Positions 40,198-50,730 of a DNA stretch of 64,000 nt are shown one piece after another. Each line of letters starts with the position of its first letter. Within the stretch, counting starts at the first letter, position 1. This DNA comes from an uncultured SAR86 cluster bacterium (GTDB taxonomy: Bacteria; Pseudomonadota; Gammaproteobacteria; Magnimaribacterales; D2472), in NCBI GenBank assembly GCA_902520725.1, contig CABYPB010000002.1, positions 8,666 through 72,665 on the forward strand. The letters are read 5' to 3'. Under the pieces are notes generated by a model. The model worked only from the letters and a program-made list of their open reading frames with translations. It was not told where the DNA came from and made no database searches. The translations under genes were made by a program, and so were the position numbers.

Positions 40198-41988
40198 TTA
40201 TGTTCGAATTCTACCCTTTTTTCTTAATCTAATAGATTCTGGAGTAACCTCAACAAGTTCATCTTCCTCTATAAATTCTAAAGCTTGCTCTAATGTATGA
40301 TTGATTGGCGGGGTTAGTATTAAGTTTTCATCTGTTCCAGCTGCCCTAATATTTGTCAGTTGCTTGGCTTTAGTTGGATTAACTGGAAGATCGTTATCTC
40401 TTGAATGTAAACCAACTATCTGTCCTATATAAACTTCTTGACCATGTCCTAGGAATAACTTTCCCCTATTCTGAAGATTAAATAATGCATAAGATAATGT
40501 TTTTCCAGCAATCATAGAATACATAACACCGTTAATCCTTTTAGCAATATCTCCTGTTTTAATTGGACCATAATGATCAAATATACTTGTCATAATTCCA
40601 GTTCCACTTGTTATTGTTAAGAAATGTGATCTAAATCCAATTATTCCTCTTGAAGGAGCTATGAATTCTAATTTGATGCGCCCATTATTATCTGATTCAA
40701 TATTTTGTATTTCAGCTTTTCTTGGCCCAAGTTCCTCCATAATTGATCCTTGGTGAATATCTTCTATATCAATAACGATATGTTCATATGGTTCATGTAT
40801 TTCGCCATCTACTTCTCTTTGTATTACCTCCGGTTTAGATATTGCTAATTCAAAGCCTTCTCTTCTCATTGTTTCTATTAAAACAGATAAATGTAGTTCT
40901 CCTCTGCCTGATACTATGAATTTATCTGGGCTATCTCCCTGTTGAACTCTGAGTGCTACGTTTGAAATCAATTCCTTATCGAGTCTTTCTTTTATATTAC
41001 GTGATGTTATAAATTTGCCTTCTCTTCCTGCAAACGGTGAATCATTTACCTGAAATGTCATTCTTACAGTTGGTTCATCAACTGACAGTGGTGGTAATGC
41101 CTCCACACTTATTGGATCGCATACAGTATCAGAAATATTTAGTTTATCTACTCCAGTTATACATACAATAGATCCTGCAGTTGCATTTTCTACTTCTATT
41201 CTTTGGAGGCCTTGATAACCCATAACTTGTAGAATCTTACCTTTTCTAGTTTTACCATCTCTATCAATTACCACAACTTGTTTATTTTGACTTATTGATC
41301 CTCTTTTAATTCTTCCAATTCCTATAACACCAACATAGTTATTACTATCAAGGGCACTAATTTGTAATTGTAGAGGACCATCAACATTAACCTCTGGAGC
41401 CGGTACCTTTTCTAAAATCATATCCATTAGGGGCTTCATATCAGATGACATATTTTCTACATCTAATCCTGAAATACCCTCTATAGCAGAACTATATATA
41501 ACTGGAAAATCTAATTGTTCATCGCTACCACCTAAGCGATCAAATAAATCAAACACTTGGTCAAGAACCCAGTCAGGTCTGGCATCTGGCCTATCAATCT
41601 TGTTAATTACAACAATTGGTTTTAAACCTTTCTCAAATGCTTTTTGTGTTACAAATCTTGTTTGAGGCATAGGACCATCAACAGCATCAACTAATAAAAG
41701 TACTGAATCAACCATTGATAATGCCCTTTCTACTTCACCACCAAAATCAGCATGCCCAGGTGTATCAACAATATTTATTAAGTGATCATTCCAACTAATA
41801 GATGTATTTTTAGCTGTTATAGTAATACCTCTTTCTTTTTCTTGATCGTTTGAATCCATTATTCTTTCTGAATCCATATTTTTACGATCTAATGTTCCAG
41901 ATTGCTGTAAGAGTTTATCAACCAATGTTGTTTTACCATGATCGACATGAGCAATAATTGCAATATTTCTCAGATTTTTTACTGACAT
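40198..41988 (-). CDS. typA: Translational GTPase TypA/BipA
   Basis: [44 protein letters not shown]. Confidence 0.97.
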   Translation of the reverse strand: MSVKNLRNIAIIAHVDHGKTTLVDKLLQQSGTLDRKNMDSERIMDSNDQEKERGITITAKNTSISWNDHLINIVDTPGHADFGGEVERALSMVDSVLLLVDAVDGPMPQTRFVTQKAFEKGLKPIVVINKIDRPDARPDWVLDQVFDLFDRLGGSDEQLDFPVIYSSAIEGISGLDVENMSSDMKPLMDMILEKVPAPEVNVDGPLQLQISALDSNNYVGVIGIGRIKRGSISQNKQVVVIDRDGKTRKGKILQVMGYQGLQRIEVENATAGSIVCITGVDKLNISDTVCDPISVEALPPLSVDEPTVRMTFQVNDSPFAGREGKFITSRNIKERLDKELISNVALRVQQGDSPDKFIVSGRGELHLSVLIETMRREGFELAISKPEVIQREVDGEIHEPYEHIVIDIEDIHQGSIMEELGPRKAEIQNIESDNNGRIKLEFIAPSRGIIGFRSHFLTITSGTGIMTSIFDHYGPIKTGDIAKRINGVMYSMIAGKTLSYALFNLQNRGKLFLGHGQEVYIGQIVGLHSRDNDLPVNPTKAKQLTNIRAAGTDENLILTPPINHTLEQALEFIEEDELVEVTPESIRLRKKGRIRT

Positions 41989-42061
41989 TTTTAATACTTA
42001 ATAAAGGAATTGCGAATTATAGGCTTAATTTAGTCAAATGGAATATAGTAAAGAATGTTTT

Positions 42062-42580
42062 TTATCTTAGGCTAGATTTAAGACCTGAAGAAACAATATC
42101 CTTGTCTACCATAGTATCATTCGAATCAAATACTTCACTTTCAAACCATTTGATAAAATCTTCATCTCTGCTTAATTTCCAATAATCCCAAACACTTCTA
42201 GCTAGATCAGTTTTCATTGTTCCAAATTTAAGCGCATTCATTCGCATGACAAGATGTTTTTCATCTACAAAGCCTTTCTTAACTTTTTCGTAAACATCGA
42301 ATATATCTACAAGAAGAGTAATAATGAACATTGTTACTCTCCATTGTTCAGTATCTGTTAAATCATGCCTACTCCAATCTTTTGAAAGAAATTCAGAAAA
42401 TTCAGAATCCTTTGTTGTTGCAAAATAACGCTCATAAACTCTTTGTGTTAACGAATGCCCAAATTGAGCTTTTGTAATTTCATTTTGTTGATGTATTTGA
42501 ACAGCTAAATATACTACAGAAACAACCACACCAAGAGCTGCAATAATTTGAACTATTATGATGATGACTTCACTATTCAT
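42062..42580 (-). CDS. Hypothetical protein with N-terminal membrane helix
   Basis: QIIAALGVVVSVVYLAVQI anchor followed by a helical soluble domain. Confidence 0.75.
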   Translation of the reverse strand: MNSEVIIIIVQIIAALGVVVSVVYLAVQIHQQNEITKAQFGHSLTQRVYERYFATTKDSEFSEFLSKDWSRHDLTDTEQWRVTMFIITLLVDIFDVYEKVKKGFVDEKHLVMRMNALKFGTMKTDLARSVWDYWKLSRDEDFIKWFESEVFDSNDTMVDKDIVSSGLKSSLR

Positions 42581-42716
42581 ATAAAAGAATAATATACTAA
42601 ATTTTTAAATTTATATCCTTTAATTTAAGTTTTAAAATTAATATTCATTAAGTTTTAATAATGCACAAATCATCAAAATTGAATTAATATATAAACAAAC
42701 AATTAACGGTATATAT

Positions 42717-45566
42717 ATGCAACAACAAATAATATTTTCATTAATCTTATTTTTTTCATTAAGTGGCTACTCAGATCCCTTAATGGAACCAACATCAGTT
42801 TCAAAAAATTTGTATCCAAATGATATTTTGGTTGGAAACTATTCAGATGATATTGATAAACCTGATTACTTTCTAGATTTTGGTTATGGTGAGCGTGTTG
42901 CAAATCCTAAACAAATTACTGATGCAATAAATGCATGGTCACTTCAATCAGATAAAATTAAGGTTGTTGAATACGCTAAATCCCATGAGGGCCGCCCTCT
43001 TATGGCAGTTTTTATATCTTCCTCTGATAATATCAATAAGTTATCAGAAATTCAGTCAAATATTTCTCTGTTAACTGATGCTAGAAATTTAAATGATAGG
43101 AAGGCAATGGAAATAATAGATAATTTACCTGCCATAGCATGGATGGCCTACTCAATTCATGGAAACGAAACATCTGGAGCTGATGCAGCTCTTGGAATTA
43201 TCTATCATTTAATTGCAAGTAATGATTCAGAAGTCCTTGATATGTTATCTAATATGGTTGTTGTTATTGATCCTATGATGAATCCCGATGGCCGTGATAG
43301 ATTTTCAAAATCTCTTGAACAATATCGTGGTACAGCACCCAATTACGATGATCAGTCATTATTGCATACTGGTGATTGGCCATATGGGAGAACAAATCAC
43401 TATTTCTTTGATTTAAATAGAGATTGGATTTATCTAACACAACCAGAAACTCAAGGCAGAGTGCCACTTATTAACAAGTGGAGGCCTCAAATTATGGTCG
43501 ATGGTCATGAAATGGGACCACAGGATACATTTATGACTGGCCCTCCAAGAGAACCTATAAATATGAATATTGACAAAGATCTTATAAAGTGGGGAAATAT
43601 ATTTGCTCAAGATCAAGCATCTGCGTTTGACGATAGAAATTGGCGTTTTTATACAGGAGAATGGCATGAAGACTTATATCCGGGATATTCTTTTTACGTT
43701 CAATTTAGAGGTACATTAGGAATTTTATATGAGCAATCTAGAATGGCTGAAGATGGGGTAAGAAGACCAGAAGGAACTATTCAGTCCTATAAGGAATCTG
43801 TACATCATCAGTATGTTAGTACCATAAGCAATCTTAAAACTCTAGAAAAAAACTCGAAGGCTATGTACAAGGATTATTGGGATGGAAGAAAATACAATGT
43901 TTCAAAAAATGGAGAATATTCAAATCAAACTTTTGTAATCCTCCCAAACAAAAACATCACAAGATTAAATACACTTGCAGAAAAACTTAAAGCTCAAGAC
44001 ATTAAAATCTATAAAAATATCAAGTCGATAAAAGTTGAACAAGTTTTAAAACAGAATGGAGTAAAAGAAGAAAATTTTACAATACCAGCTGGTAGTATGA
44101 TTGTTCCAAATCTTCAACCAGAAGCTCCTTTAATAGCTGCAATGTTAGAGTTTGATGCTGAAATAAAAGAATCAGTTTTACTTGAAGAAAGGCAGGTTAC
44201 TTTAAAAAATGGCTCATCTATTATGTATGATACGACAGCATTTAATCTGACCATGATGTACGGACTTCCTGCTGTTACTGTTCCTGAAAATATTGAATCA
44301 GGTCTTATTAATTGGGAATTAAAGGCACCTGAAATTGATACTCAAAAAAGTGCTGTAATGTGGGTAGTTGATGGGGTTGATGATAGATCTGTTTCATTTG
44401 CAGCTCGTCTTATGGAACAGAATGTTCAAGTAAGGATTATTGATAAAGAATCTACTTTGTCTTCATATCAATTTTCTAGAGGTTCTGTAGCTGTTATAGC
44501 AATGGATAATCCCAACATAGAAAATCTTAATGATTTAGTAAACATAGTTGCTACAGATTTAAATGTTTCAGTATATTCAGTGGACAGTGGTTTTGGCCCA
44601 GATGCACTTCCAGATTGGGGAGGAAGACATTTTCGTCTTTTAAACAAACCACAAATAGCATTATTAAGTCACAGTGGTTTTAGTTCATATGATGTTGGTG
44701 TGAGTTGGTGGTCATTAGACCATCATCTGGGGATACGACATAGCCAACTTGATGCTTCACTAGTTAATTATGGTGACTTAAGACGTTACAATACAATAAT
44801 TCTTCCTAGTGGTTACTCCAATATTAACTCTAATCAACTCAACATAATATCTGATTGGGTTAAACAAGGTGGGACATTAATTGCTCATAATGGCAGCACA
44901 AGATATCTATCAAATAATAGTGGAATTGGTTCAGTTAAAACTATACAAAATACATTTGATGATATAGATGATTATAATATCGATTTGCAAAGAGAATTTT
45001 TATCGTTAGATGAAATGATATCCATACCCAAAGTTTCAAATAAATTATCACTTGAAATTTCATATCCATGGGAATTAAGTAAAACTAAATATACCAAAGA
45101 TGAGCTTGAAACAAGAGATAAATGGCAGTCTTTATTTATGCCTTCAGGAGCTATAGTCGCTGGAAGAATAGATTCTGATCATTGGTTAACATTTGGAACA
45201 CCTGAAACTATACCATTATTGTACTCAAATTATCCTGTATTAATGACAGGTGCTAACTCGGAGGCTGCTGTTAGAATTGGAGAACTTGTTTCTAGTGATA
45301 GCAATGAATATAGATCTATAAATTGGTCAGATATTCCACCAAATAATGATTTAAATATAAAAATGAGTGGTTTGGTGTGGCCAGAGGCAGCACAAAGAAT
45401 AGCAAATTCTGCGTATCTAACTCGTGAAAGATATGGCAAAGGACAAATTATATTATTTTCTGGTGAACCAAATTTTAGAGGTTCTAGTTTAGGTACAAAT
45501 AGACTTTGGTTGAATGCGGTTATATATGGTTCAGGACTTGGAACAAGCTCAATGGTAAATCCCTAG
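42717..45566 (+). CDS. Exported M14 zinc carboxypeptidase with C-terminal amidotransferase-like domain
   Basis: Signal peptide, SHEGRPL, IHGNE, NPDGR, DLNRD, DGHEM. Confidence 0.88.
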   Translation: MQQQIIFSLILFFSLSGYSDPLMEPTSVSKNLYPNDILVGNYSDDIDKPDYFLDFGYGERVANPKQITDAINAWSLQSDKIKVVEYAKSHEGRPLMAVFISSSDNINKLSEIQSNISLLTDARNLNDRKAMEIIDNLPAIAWMAYSIHGNETSGADAALGIIYHLIASNDSEVLDMLSNMVVVIDPMMNPDGRDRFSKSLEQYRGTAPNYDDQSLLHTGDWPYGRTNHYFFDLNRDWIYLTQPETQGRVPLINKWRPQIMVDGHEMGPQDTFMTGPPREPINMNIDKDLIKWGNIFAQDQASAFDDRNWRFYTGEWHEDLYPGYSFYVQFRGTLGILYEQSRMAEDGVRRPEGTIQSYKESVHHQYVSTISNLKTLEKNSKAMYKDYWDGRKYNVSKNGEYSNQTFVILPNKNITRLNTLAEKLKAQDIKIYKNIKSIKVEQVLKQNGVKEENFTIPAGSMIVPNLQPEAPLIAAMLEFDAEIKESVLLEERQVTLKNGSSIMYDTTAFNLTMMYGLPAVTVPENIESGLINWELKAPEIDTQKSAVMWVVDGVDDRSVSFAARLMEQNVQVRIIDKESTLSSYQFSRGSVAVIAMDNPNIENLNDLVNIVATDLNVSVYSVDSGFGPDALPDWGGRHFRLLNKPQIALLSHSGFSSYDVGVSWWSLDHHLGIRHSQLDASLVNYGDLRRYNTIILPSGYSNINSNQLNIISDWVKQGGTLIAHNGSTRYLSNNSGIGSVKTIQNTFDDIDDYNIDLQREFLSLDEMISIPKVSNKLSLEISYPWELSKTKYTKDELETRDKWQSLFMPSGAIVAGRIDSDHWLTFGTPETIPLLYSNYPVLMTGANSEAAVRIGELVSSDSNEYRSINWSDIPPNNDLNIKMSGLVWPEAAQRIANSAYLTRERYGKGQIILFSGEPNFRGSSLGTNRLWLNAVIYGSGLGTSSMVNP

Positions 45567-45584
45567 TTATAAATCTAGGGGTTA
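45558..45584. terminator. Hairpin between convergent genes (possible terminator)
   Basis: CCCTAG-ttataaat-CTAGGG; U-tracts are weak. Confidence 0.4.
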
Positions 45585-45905
45585 TCAAATGTCGCTATTT
45601 TTGGGGCCACATAGAGTAACCTTCAAATTTGCAGCGCCTCCATCTAATAAAGGATCAAGCATTTCTAATAGGCCTGTCTGAACTCTCCATTCTAAATACT
45701 TTTGTTGATGCTCTAAAGTCTTCCAATCCTCAATAAGGTGAATGGTATTAGTTGATTGCTCAATGTAAGTATCTACAGAAATACATCCATCAAAAGCTCT
45801 TGTATCAGGTAATGCAGATTTAAGTGCTTCTTTTAAAGAGTTTAAAGTTTCAGCTTTAGCTGGGAAGGATACAATAACTAAATTTTCCATAATATTTCCT
45901 ATCAA
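45585..45905 (-). CDS. Antibiotic-biosynthesis-monooxygenase (ABM) domain protein
   Basis: LPDTRAFDGC, LIEDW...H..YL.WR pattern; the true start may be MENL a few codons in. Confidence 0.8.
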   Translation of the reverse strand: MIGNIMENLVIVSFPAKAETLNSLKEALKSALPDTRAFDGCISVDTYIEQSTNTIHLIEDWKTLEHQQKYLEWRVQTGLLEMLDPLLDGGAANLKVTLCGPKNSDI

Positions 45906-47404
45906 TTTTTAATGAAATCTCTTACCTCATTTAAAAATCTATCAAAAGATGGTTGATGGTTATACATCATGTGCCCTGCTTCAAATTCTGAAAAAACAAC
46001 CCTGTTCATATCAACCGTGTTGTCATACATAAAGTTTTCAGCCGTAAAACAAGGAGTTGCTAAATCATAGAGCCCACATGAAACATAAACTTTAAAATCT
46101 TTGTTATATCTTTGTGCTCTTGCAATATCAGGTACTGTATTTACATATCCAAAATCATTACCTTTCCATTCTTGAGGGTGTTTCCAACTTGAATAAACAT
46201 CATAGTCACCACTTTGGTATAACATTTTCATTTCGACACCGATTTCACTAAACCAAGTATGTATAGCTGAAACATAAGCTGACATAAACCCTTCACTTGA
46301 TACATCAGTATCGGGATATTGACCTCCTGCCATATAGTCAGAATTTTTATATCTTGAATCTAATCTGCCTACTGAATAACCTTCATCTCTCAATAACTCT
46401 TTTCTAAAACTTGAAGGATCAACCCTCATATCAAAATCTTCTACAAATCTTAGGCTTAAACCTGTAAATTCAGAATATTGTTTGATAACAGATTTTTTGT
46501 CACTTTCTAAGATTCTTGTTCCTTTGAGTAATGCTGGACCATATACCTCTAAACTAAATTTTTTTGAATCCTCATAAAATTCTTGAAGTGTTTTATCAGT
46601 TTTAATTTTTCCATGATAGTAGGCTGTTGCTGCATATGAAGGTAGAAATCCGTAATGAGGGCTATTATTACCAGGATGAAAAACTAAATACTGATAATCA
46701 GAAGCAGGTGCAACCATCAACAAACCATTAACTTCAATTGGTGTAATAGAACCAGATCTTAATTCTGACACCAATAAAGGACCCCTAATGCCACCATAAC
46801 TCTCACCTAGGATATACCTAGGAGAATTCCAGCGTTTATTATCATTTATCCATCTTCTAATAAATTCAGCAATAATTTTAGGATCTTCACTTACACCCCA
46901 AAACTCTTCAGGTTCATGACATCCAATCGCCCTACTATATCCAGTACCAATTGGATCAATAAAAACTAGATCTGCATCACTTAATGGAGATAATTTATTG
47001 TCAATAATTTTATACGGTGCTGAACCGTCATCAGATGCATCACTTGGGACCTTTATAACTTTAGGGCCTAAAACACCCATATGAAGCCATAATGATGCTG
47101 AACCAGGACCACCATTAAAGCTAAATATAACTGGCCTATCAACTTCAGAATCTACTAGATATTCTGTATAGAAAAATGATGCCATTGGCTCACTTGGATT
47201 GTCTTTTTCATAAAGGATTTTTTCGTTTAGACTGGCTGTGTATTCAAGTCTTTTGCCATTAAAAACACCTGCAAAGTTATTAGAAAAAGATCTTTCTTCA
47301 GATGGAACATTTTTAATACTGCAGTTTTCAGAATATGCATCAGCACTAAAAATATTAATAGATATAAAAGTTGTCGTTAAAAATAAAATAAATATAAATT
47401 TCAT
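45902..47404 (-). CDS. Exported S10 serine carboxypeptidase
   Basis: Signal peptide, FNGGPGSAS, FIDPIGTGYS, GESYGG, YDLATP, AGHMMY. Confidence 0.92.
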   Translation of the reverse strand: MKFIFILFLTTTFISINIFSADAYSENCSIKNVPSEERSFSNNFAGVFNGKRLEYTASLNEKILYEKDNPSEPMASFFYTEYLVDSEVDRPVIFSFNGGPGSASLWLHMGVLGPKVIKVPSDASDDGSAPYKIIDNKLSPLSDADLVFIDPIGTGYSRAIGCHEPEEFWGVSEDPKIIAEFIRRWINDNKRWNSPRYILGESYGGIRGPLLVSELRSGSITPIEVNGLLMVAPASDYQYLVFHPGNNSPHYGFLPSYAATAYYHGKIKTDKTLQEFYEDSKKFSLEVYGPALLKGTRILESDKKSVIKQYSEFTGLSLRFVEDFDMRVDPSSFRKELLRDEGYSVGRLDSRYKNSDYMAGGQYPDTDVSSEGFMSAYVSAIHTWFSEIGVEMKMLYQSGDYDVYSSWKHPQEWKGNDFGYVNTVPDIARAQRYNKDFKVYVSCGLYDLATPCFTAENFMYDNTVDMNRVVFSEFEAGHMMYNHQPSFDRFLNEVRDFIKN

Positions 47405-47455
47405 ACTTTTGATTATATATAATAATGTAATTGTATTATGTTTTATATTATATAA

Positions 47456-48952
47456 ATGGAAAAGTTAAAAATAGCATTTAGTTTTATTAAGATAAAATTA
47501 AATAAAATTGGTAATATCTTTTTAAAAGCAACAACTGGTTATGCAGTAGGTTCTTTTGCAATAATACAGGTTTCTAGCATCGTATCTGACAATATTTCTA
47601 TGGCGGAAGCTTTTGGATTAACAAAAGAATCATTCATGCAATATCTTTTTGTAAGTTTAATTATAATTTTTCCAATTTTTTTAATAGTTACATATATTTT
47701 AAGAAGTAAGTCTGTAGATAAAGAAATTATGTCAACACTTGATAATAATCTAAGCAAAATTGAAGACTATAGACCTAAGATTGCTGTAATTCCATTTGAA
47801 AATCTTAATCAAGATAAAGACCAGCAATTTTTAGTTGATGGTATTGCAGAAGATTTGTTAATGGAACTATCTATGGTCAAAGAACTTTCAGTTGCCACTC
47901 GAAAAACTTGTTTTGATTTCAAGAACAAGGATTACACAAGTAAAGAATTTAAAGATGAATATGGATTTGATTATATAGTAACTGGAAGTATTAGAGCCTC
48001 AGATAATAAATTAAGAATTCTAATAGAGTTAAGTGATATGACAGATGATCGAGTTATATGGACAAACAAATTTGATAGTGCCAGCTCAGATATTTTTGAG
48101 ATTCAAGATGAGATAGTTACAAAAATTGTTACATGTTTAGTTGGAGAAATTGAAATATCAAGTCTAAAAAGAGCGCACAGAAAGCCAACAGACAATATGA
48201 CATCTTATGAATATACTTTAAAAGGGAGAGCTCTTAATCAACAGTTTGAAAAAAATGCTAATGCAGAAGCAATTAAAATGCTTGACGCTGCGATTGAGGC
48301 GGATACAACAAATCCTCTTCCCTACTCTTGGAAAGCTTGTACTATTGGCCAATCTATGGCGCTTGGCTTTCGAGAAGATAATGATGAAACTATGGCAGAT
48401 TTCTTATCTGCGTTAAGCAAAGCGAATGAGCTTAACGACAATGATTGGAATGCTCTAAGGATTATTGCAGAAGCACATCTTACTTTGGATGATTTTCAAC
48501 AAGCTATGGTCTATGCAAATAAGGCTTACAATGCAAATCCTAATCATCCATATGTTTTATGGATATATGGTAGAGTTTTAATACGATATAACCATGTAGA
48601 TGATGGAATTAAAGTGCTTGAGCATTTATTTAAAATTGAGCCTATGGCATTGGCAGATGTAAATACTGATCGTGTTGTTAAGGAATTATTTGTTGCATAT
48701 TATCTTTATGGTAATTATAAAAAATGTAATGAGTTGTTTAATCAAATATACGAACATGATTTTAGAGAGTGGTTAATTTATATTGATATAAAGTCAAAAG
48801 AAAACATCGATTATTTAAAGGATGTATGGTACAAATCAGGATTAGATAGATTTAAGGATCTCAACAATAAAAAAGAAGTTTCTTTATTTCACTTTAACAA
48901 TAAAAAACTTAATTCAAGTTTATTAAGTCTTTCAAATAATTTATTAAGTTAA
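47456..48952 (+). CDS. Membrane-anchored TolB-N-like/TPR protein (resembles the C-terminal module of class III adenylate cyclases, no cyclase domain)
   Basis: Two TM helices, IAVIPFENL, DGIAEDL, GSIR, DIFEIQDEI, followed by TPR-like helices. Confidence 0.75.
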   Translation: MEKLKIAFSFIKIKLNKIGNIFLKATTGYAVGSFAIIQVSSIVSDNISMAEAFGLTKESFMQYLFVSLIIIFPIFLIVTYILRSKSVDKEIMSTLDNNLSKIEDYRPKIAVIPFENLNQDKDQQFLVDGIAEDLLMELSMVKELSVATRKTCFDFKNKDYTSKEFKDEYGFDYIVTGSIRASDNKLRILIELSDMTDDRVIWTNKFDSASSDIFEIQDEIVTKIVTCLVGEIEISSLKRAHRKPTDNMTSYEYTLKGRALNQQFEKNANAEAIKMLDAAIEADTTNPLPYSWKACTIGQSMALGFREDNDETMADFLSALSKANELNDNDWNALRIIAEAHLTLDDFQQAMVYANKAYNANPNHPYVLWIYGRVLIRYNHVDDGIKVLEHLFKIEPMALADVNTDRVVKELFVAYYLYGNYKKCNELFNQIYEHDFREWLIYIDIKSKENIDYLKDVWYKSGLDRFKDLNNKKEVSLFHFNNKKLNSSLLSLSNNLLS

Positions 48953-48954
48953 TT

Positions 48955-49977
48955 ATGCTTTATAACAATATACTTCATACGATTGGGAATACACCTTCAA
49001 TAAAACTCCGAAATATTTCTATTAATAACGCGGAGCTTTATGTTAAAGCTGAGTATTTCAATCCAGCAAGTTCAGTAAAAGATAGGCTTGCAGTAAGTAT
49101 TATTGAAAATGCTGAATTAAGGAACCAACTTAAAGAAGGTCAAACAGTTGTTGAGGCTACAAGTGGAAATACTGGAATTGGTTTAGCAATGGTATGTGCT
49201 GCAAAAGGTTATCCATTGGTTGTAACAATGCCTGATAGTGCATCAATTGAACGAAGAAAATTAATGAGATTCTTGGGAGCAAAAGTGCTTTTAACACCCG
49301 CTGCAGAAGGTGGAACTGGTGCATATAATAAAGCCAAGCAGCTAGTAATTAAAAATAATTGGTTTTTTGCAAAACAGTTTGAAAATGAAGATAACAGCAT
49401 GGTGCATGAACAAACAACTGGCGAAGAGATTGTAAATGATTTTAAAGATATTGGTTTAGATTATTGGGTTTCTGGATATGGTACTGGAGGAACATTTACT
49501 GGTGTAAGTAGAGTGTTTAGAAAGAAAATGCCAAATACTAAATTAATCTTAACTGAACCAGATGTTGCGCAATTAATCGGAAGTAATAAAGAACAAATTA
49601 GAAATAATGATGGTTCAGCATCTCAATCTCATCCAGAATGGAATCCCCACCCTATACAAGGATGGACTACAGATTTCATACCACTTGTACTTCAAGAATC
49701 AATAGATAATCAATACTTTGATGAATTGATTCCTGTTTCAGGAAATGATGGTATTTTTTGGGCCAATGAATTAGCTAAGAAAGAAGGAATAATAACTGGA
49801 GTATCAGGTGGTTCAACTTTTGCAATTGCTGTTGAGGTTGCTAAAAAAGCTAAGAAAGGAGCAAAAATATTATGTATGCTTCCAGACACTGCTGAAAGAT
49901 ATATGTCTAGTATCTTATTTGATGATATTGAAGAAGAAATGAATGATGATGAATTATCAATTTACGATTCGGTTTGA
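48955..49977 (+). CDS. cysK: Cysteine synthase / O-acetylserine sulfhydrylase family
   Basis: NPASSVKDR (PLP lysine), EATSGNTG, GTGGT, HPIQG, PDTAERYMS. Confidence 0.85.
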   Translation: MLYNNILHTIGNTPSIKLRNISINNAELYVKAEYFNPASSVKDRLAVSIIENAELRNQLKEGQTVVEATSGNTGIGLAMVCAAKGYPLVVTMPDSASIERRKLMRFLGAKVLLTPAAEGGTGAYNKAKQLVIKNNWFFAKQFENEDNSMVHEQTTGEEIVNDFKDIGLDYWVSGYGTGGTFTGVSRVFRKKMPNTKLILTEPDVAQLIGSNKEQIRNNDGSASQSHPEWNPHPIQGWTTDFIPLVLQESIDNQYFDELIPVSGNDGIFWANELAKKEGIITGVSGGSTFAIAVEVAKKAKKGAKILCMLPDTAERYMSSILFDDIEEEMNDDELSIYDSV

Positions 49978-49981
49978 TTAA

Positions 49982-50707
49982 CTAGGCTATTACCTTTGCT
50001 GGAATCCCAGCAACTCGAGTATTTGGTTCAACATCTTTTAAAACTAAGCTACCGGCCGCAATTGTTGAATTTTCACCTATTATTATATTTCCTAAAATTG
50101 TACTAGAAGCATAAATAGATACACCTGATTGAATTTTTGGATGCCTGTCACCGATATCTAAACCCTTTCCACCTAATGTAACTCCTTGATATATAGATAC
50201 ATTTTCATCAATTGTTGTTGTCTCACCTATTACAACTCCTGTTGCGTGATCTATCATAACTCCACCTTTGATTTCAGCAGCTGGATGAATATCAACTCCA
50301 AATATCTCAGATGCACGATTTTGAAAAAAAAGCGCCATAGTATGTCTATTATTTTTCCACAAACAATTTGCTGCTCGATAAGTTGCAAGACCCTGATAAC
50401 CCTTATAAAAAAGTATTGGGGTTGAATAGTAATCACAAGCTGGATCATTTTCTTTAAAAAAAATTAAATCTTTAATCAGTGAGTCTTCAATACCTTCACA
50501 ATTAGTAAAAACTTCAAGGATAAATTTTTTAATATCCTCAGAAGATAAAGCATTACTATTCAGCTTTGAAGCAAGTATTGATGCAATACAAGCTAGAAAA
50601 TTATCTTGCGAGGTAATAAGTGATGATAAATAAGGCTTTAAAGATGGCTCAGCGCTAATCCTTAAATTAATTTCATCTTTAATTTCATTCCAAATTTTTA
50701 GATTCAT
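49982..50707 (-). CDS. cysE: Serine O-acetyltransferase
   Basis: DPAC, YKGYQ, VDIHPAA, IDHATGVVIGET, TLGG...DRHPKI. Confidence 0.95.
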   Translation of the reverse strand: MNLKIWNEIKDEINLRISAEPSLKPYLSSLITSQDNFLACIASILASKLNSNALSSEDIKKFILEVFTNCEGIEDSLIKDLIFFKENDPACDYYSTPILFYKGYQGLATYRAANCLWKNNRHTMALFFQNRASEIFGVDIHPAAEIKGGVMIDHATGVVIGETTTIDENVSIYQGVTLGGKGLDIGDRHPKIQSGVSIYASSTILGNIIIGENSTIAAGSLVLKDVEPNTRVAGIPAKVIA

Positions 50708-50730
50708 TATGATAATTATAAAATTAAATT

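Noticed and set aside
36921-42716. Prophage or integrative element at dif
   Set aside because: No integrase, replication or phage structural genes, and no duplicated att/dif site.
47418-47446. Second dif-like sequence (ATGTAA-TTGTA-TTATGTTTTA)
   Set aside because: Spacer is 5 nt and the XerC arm is poor; expected by chance in AT-rich DNA.
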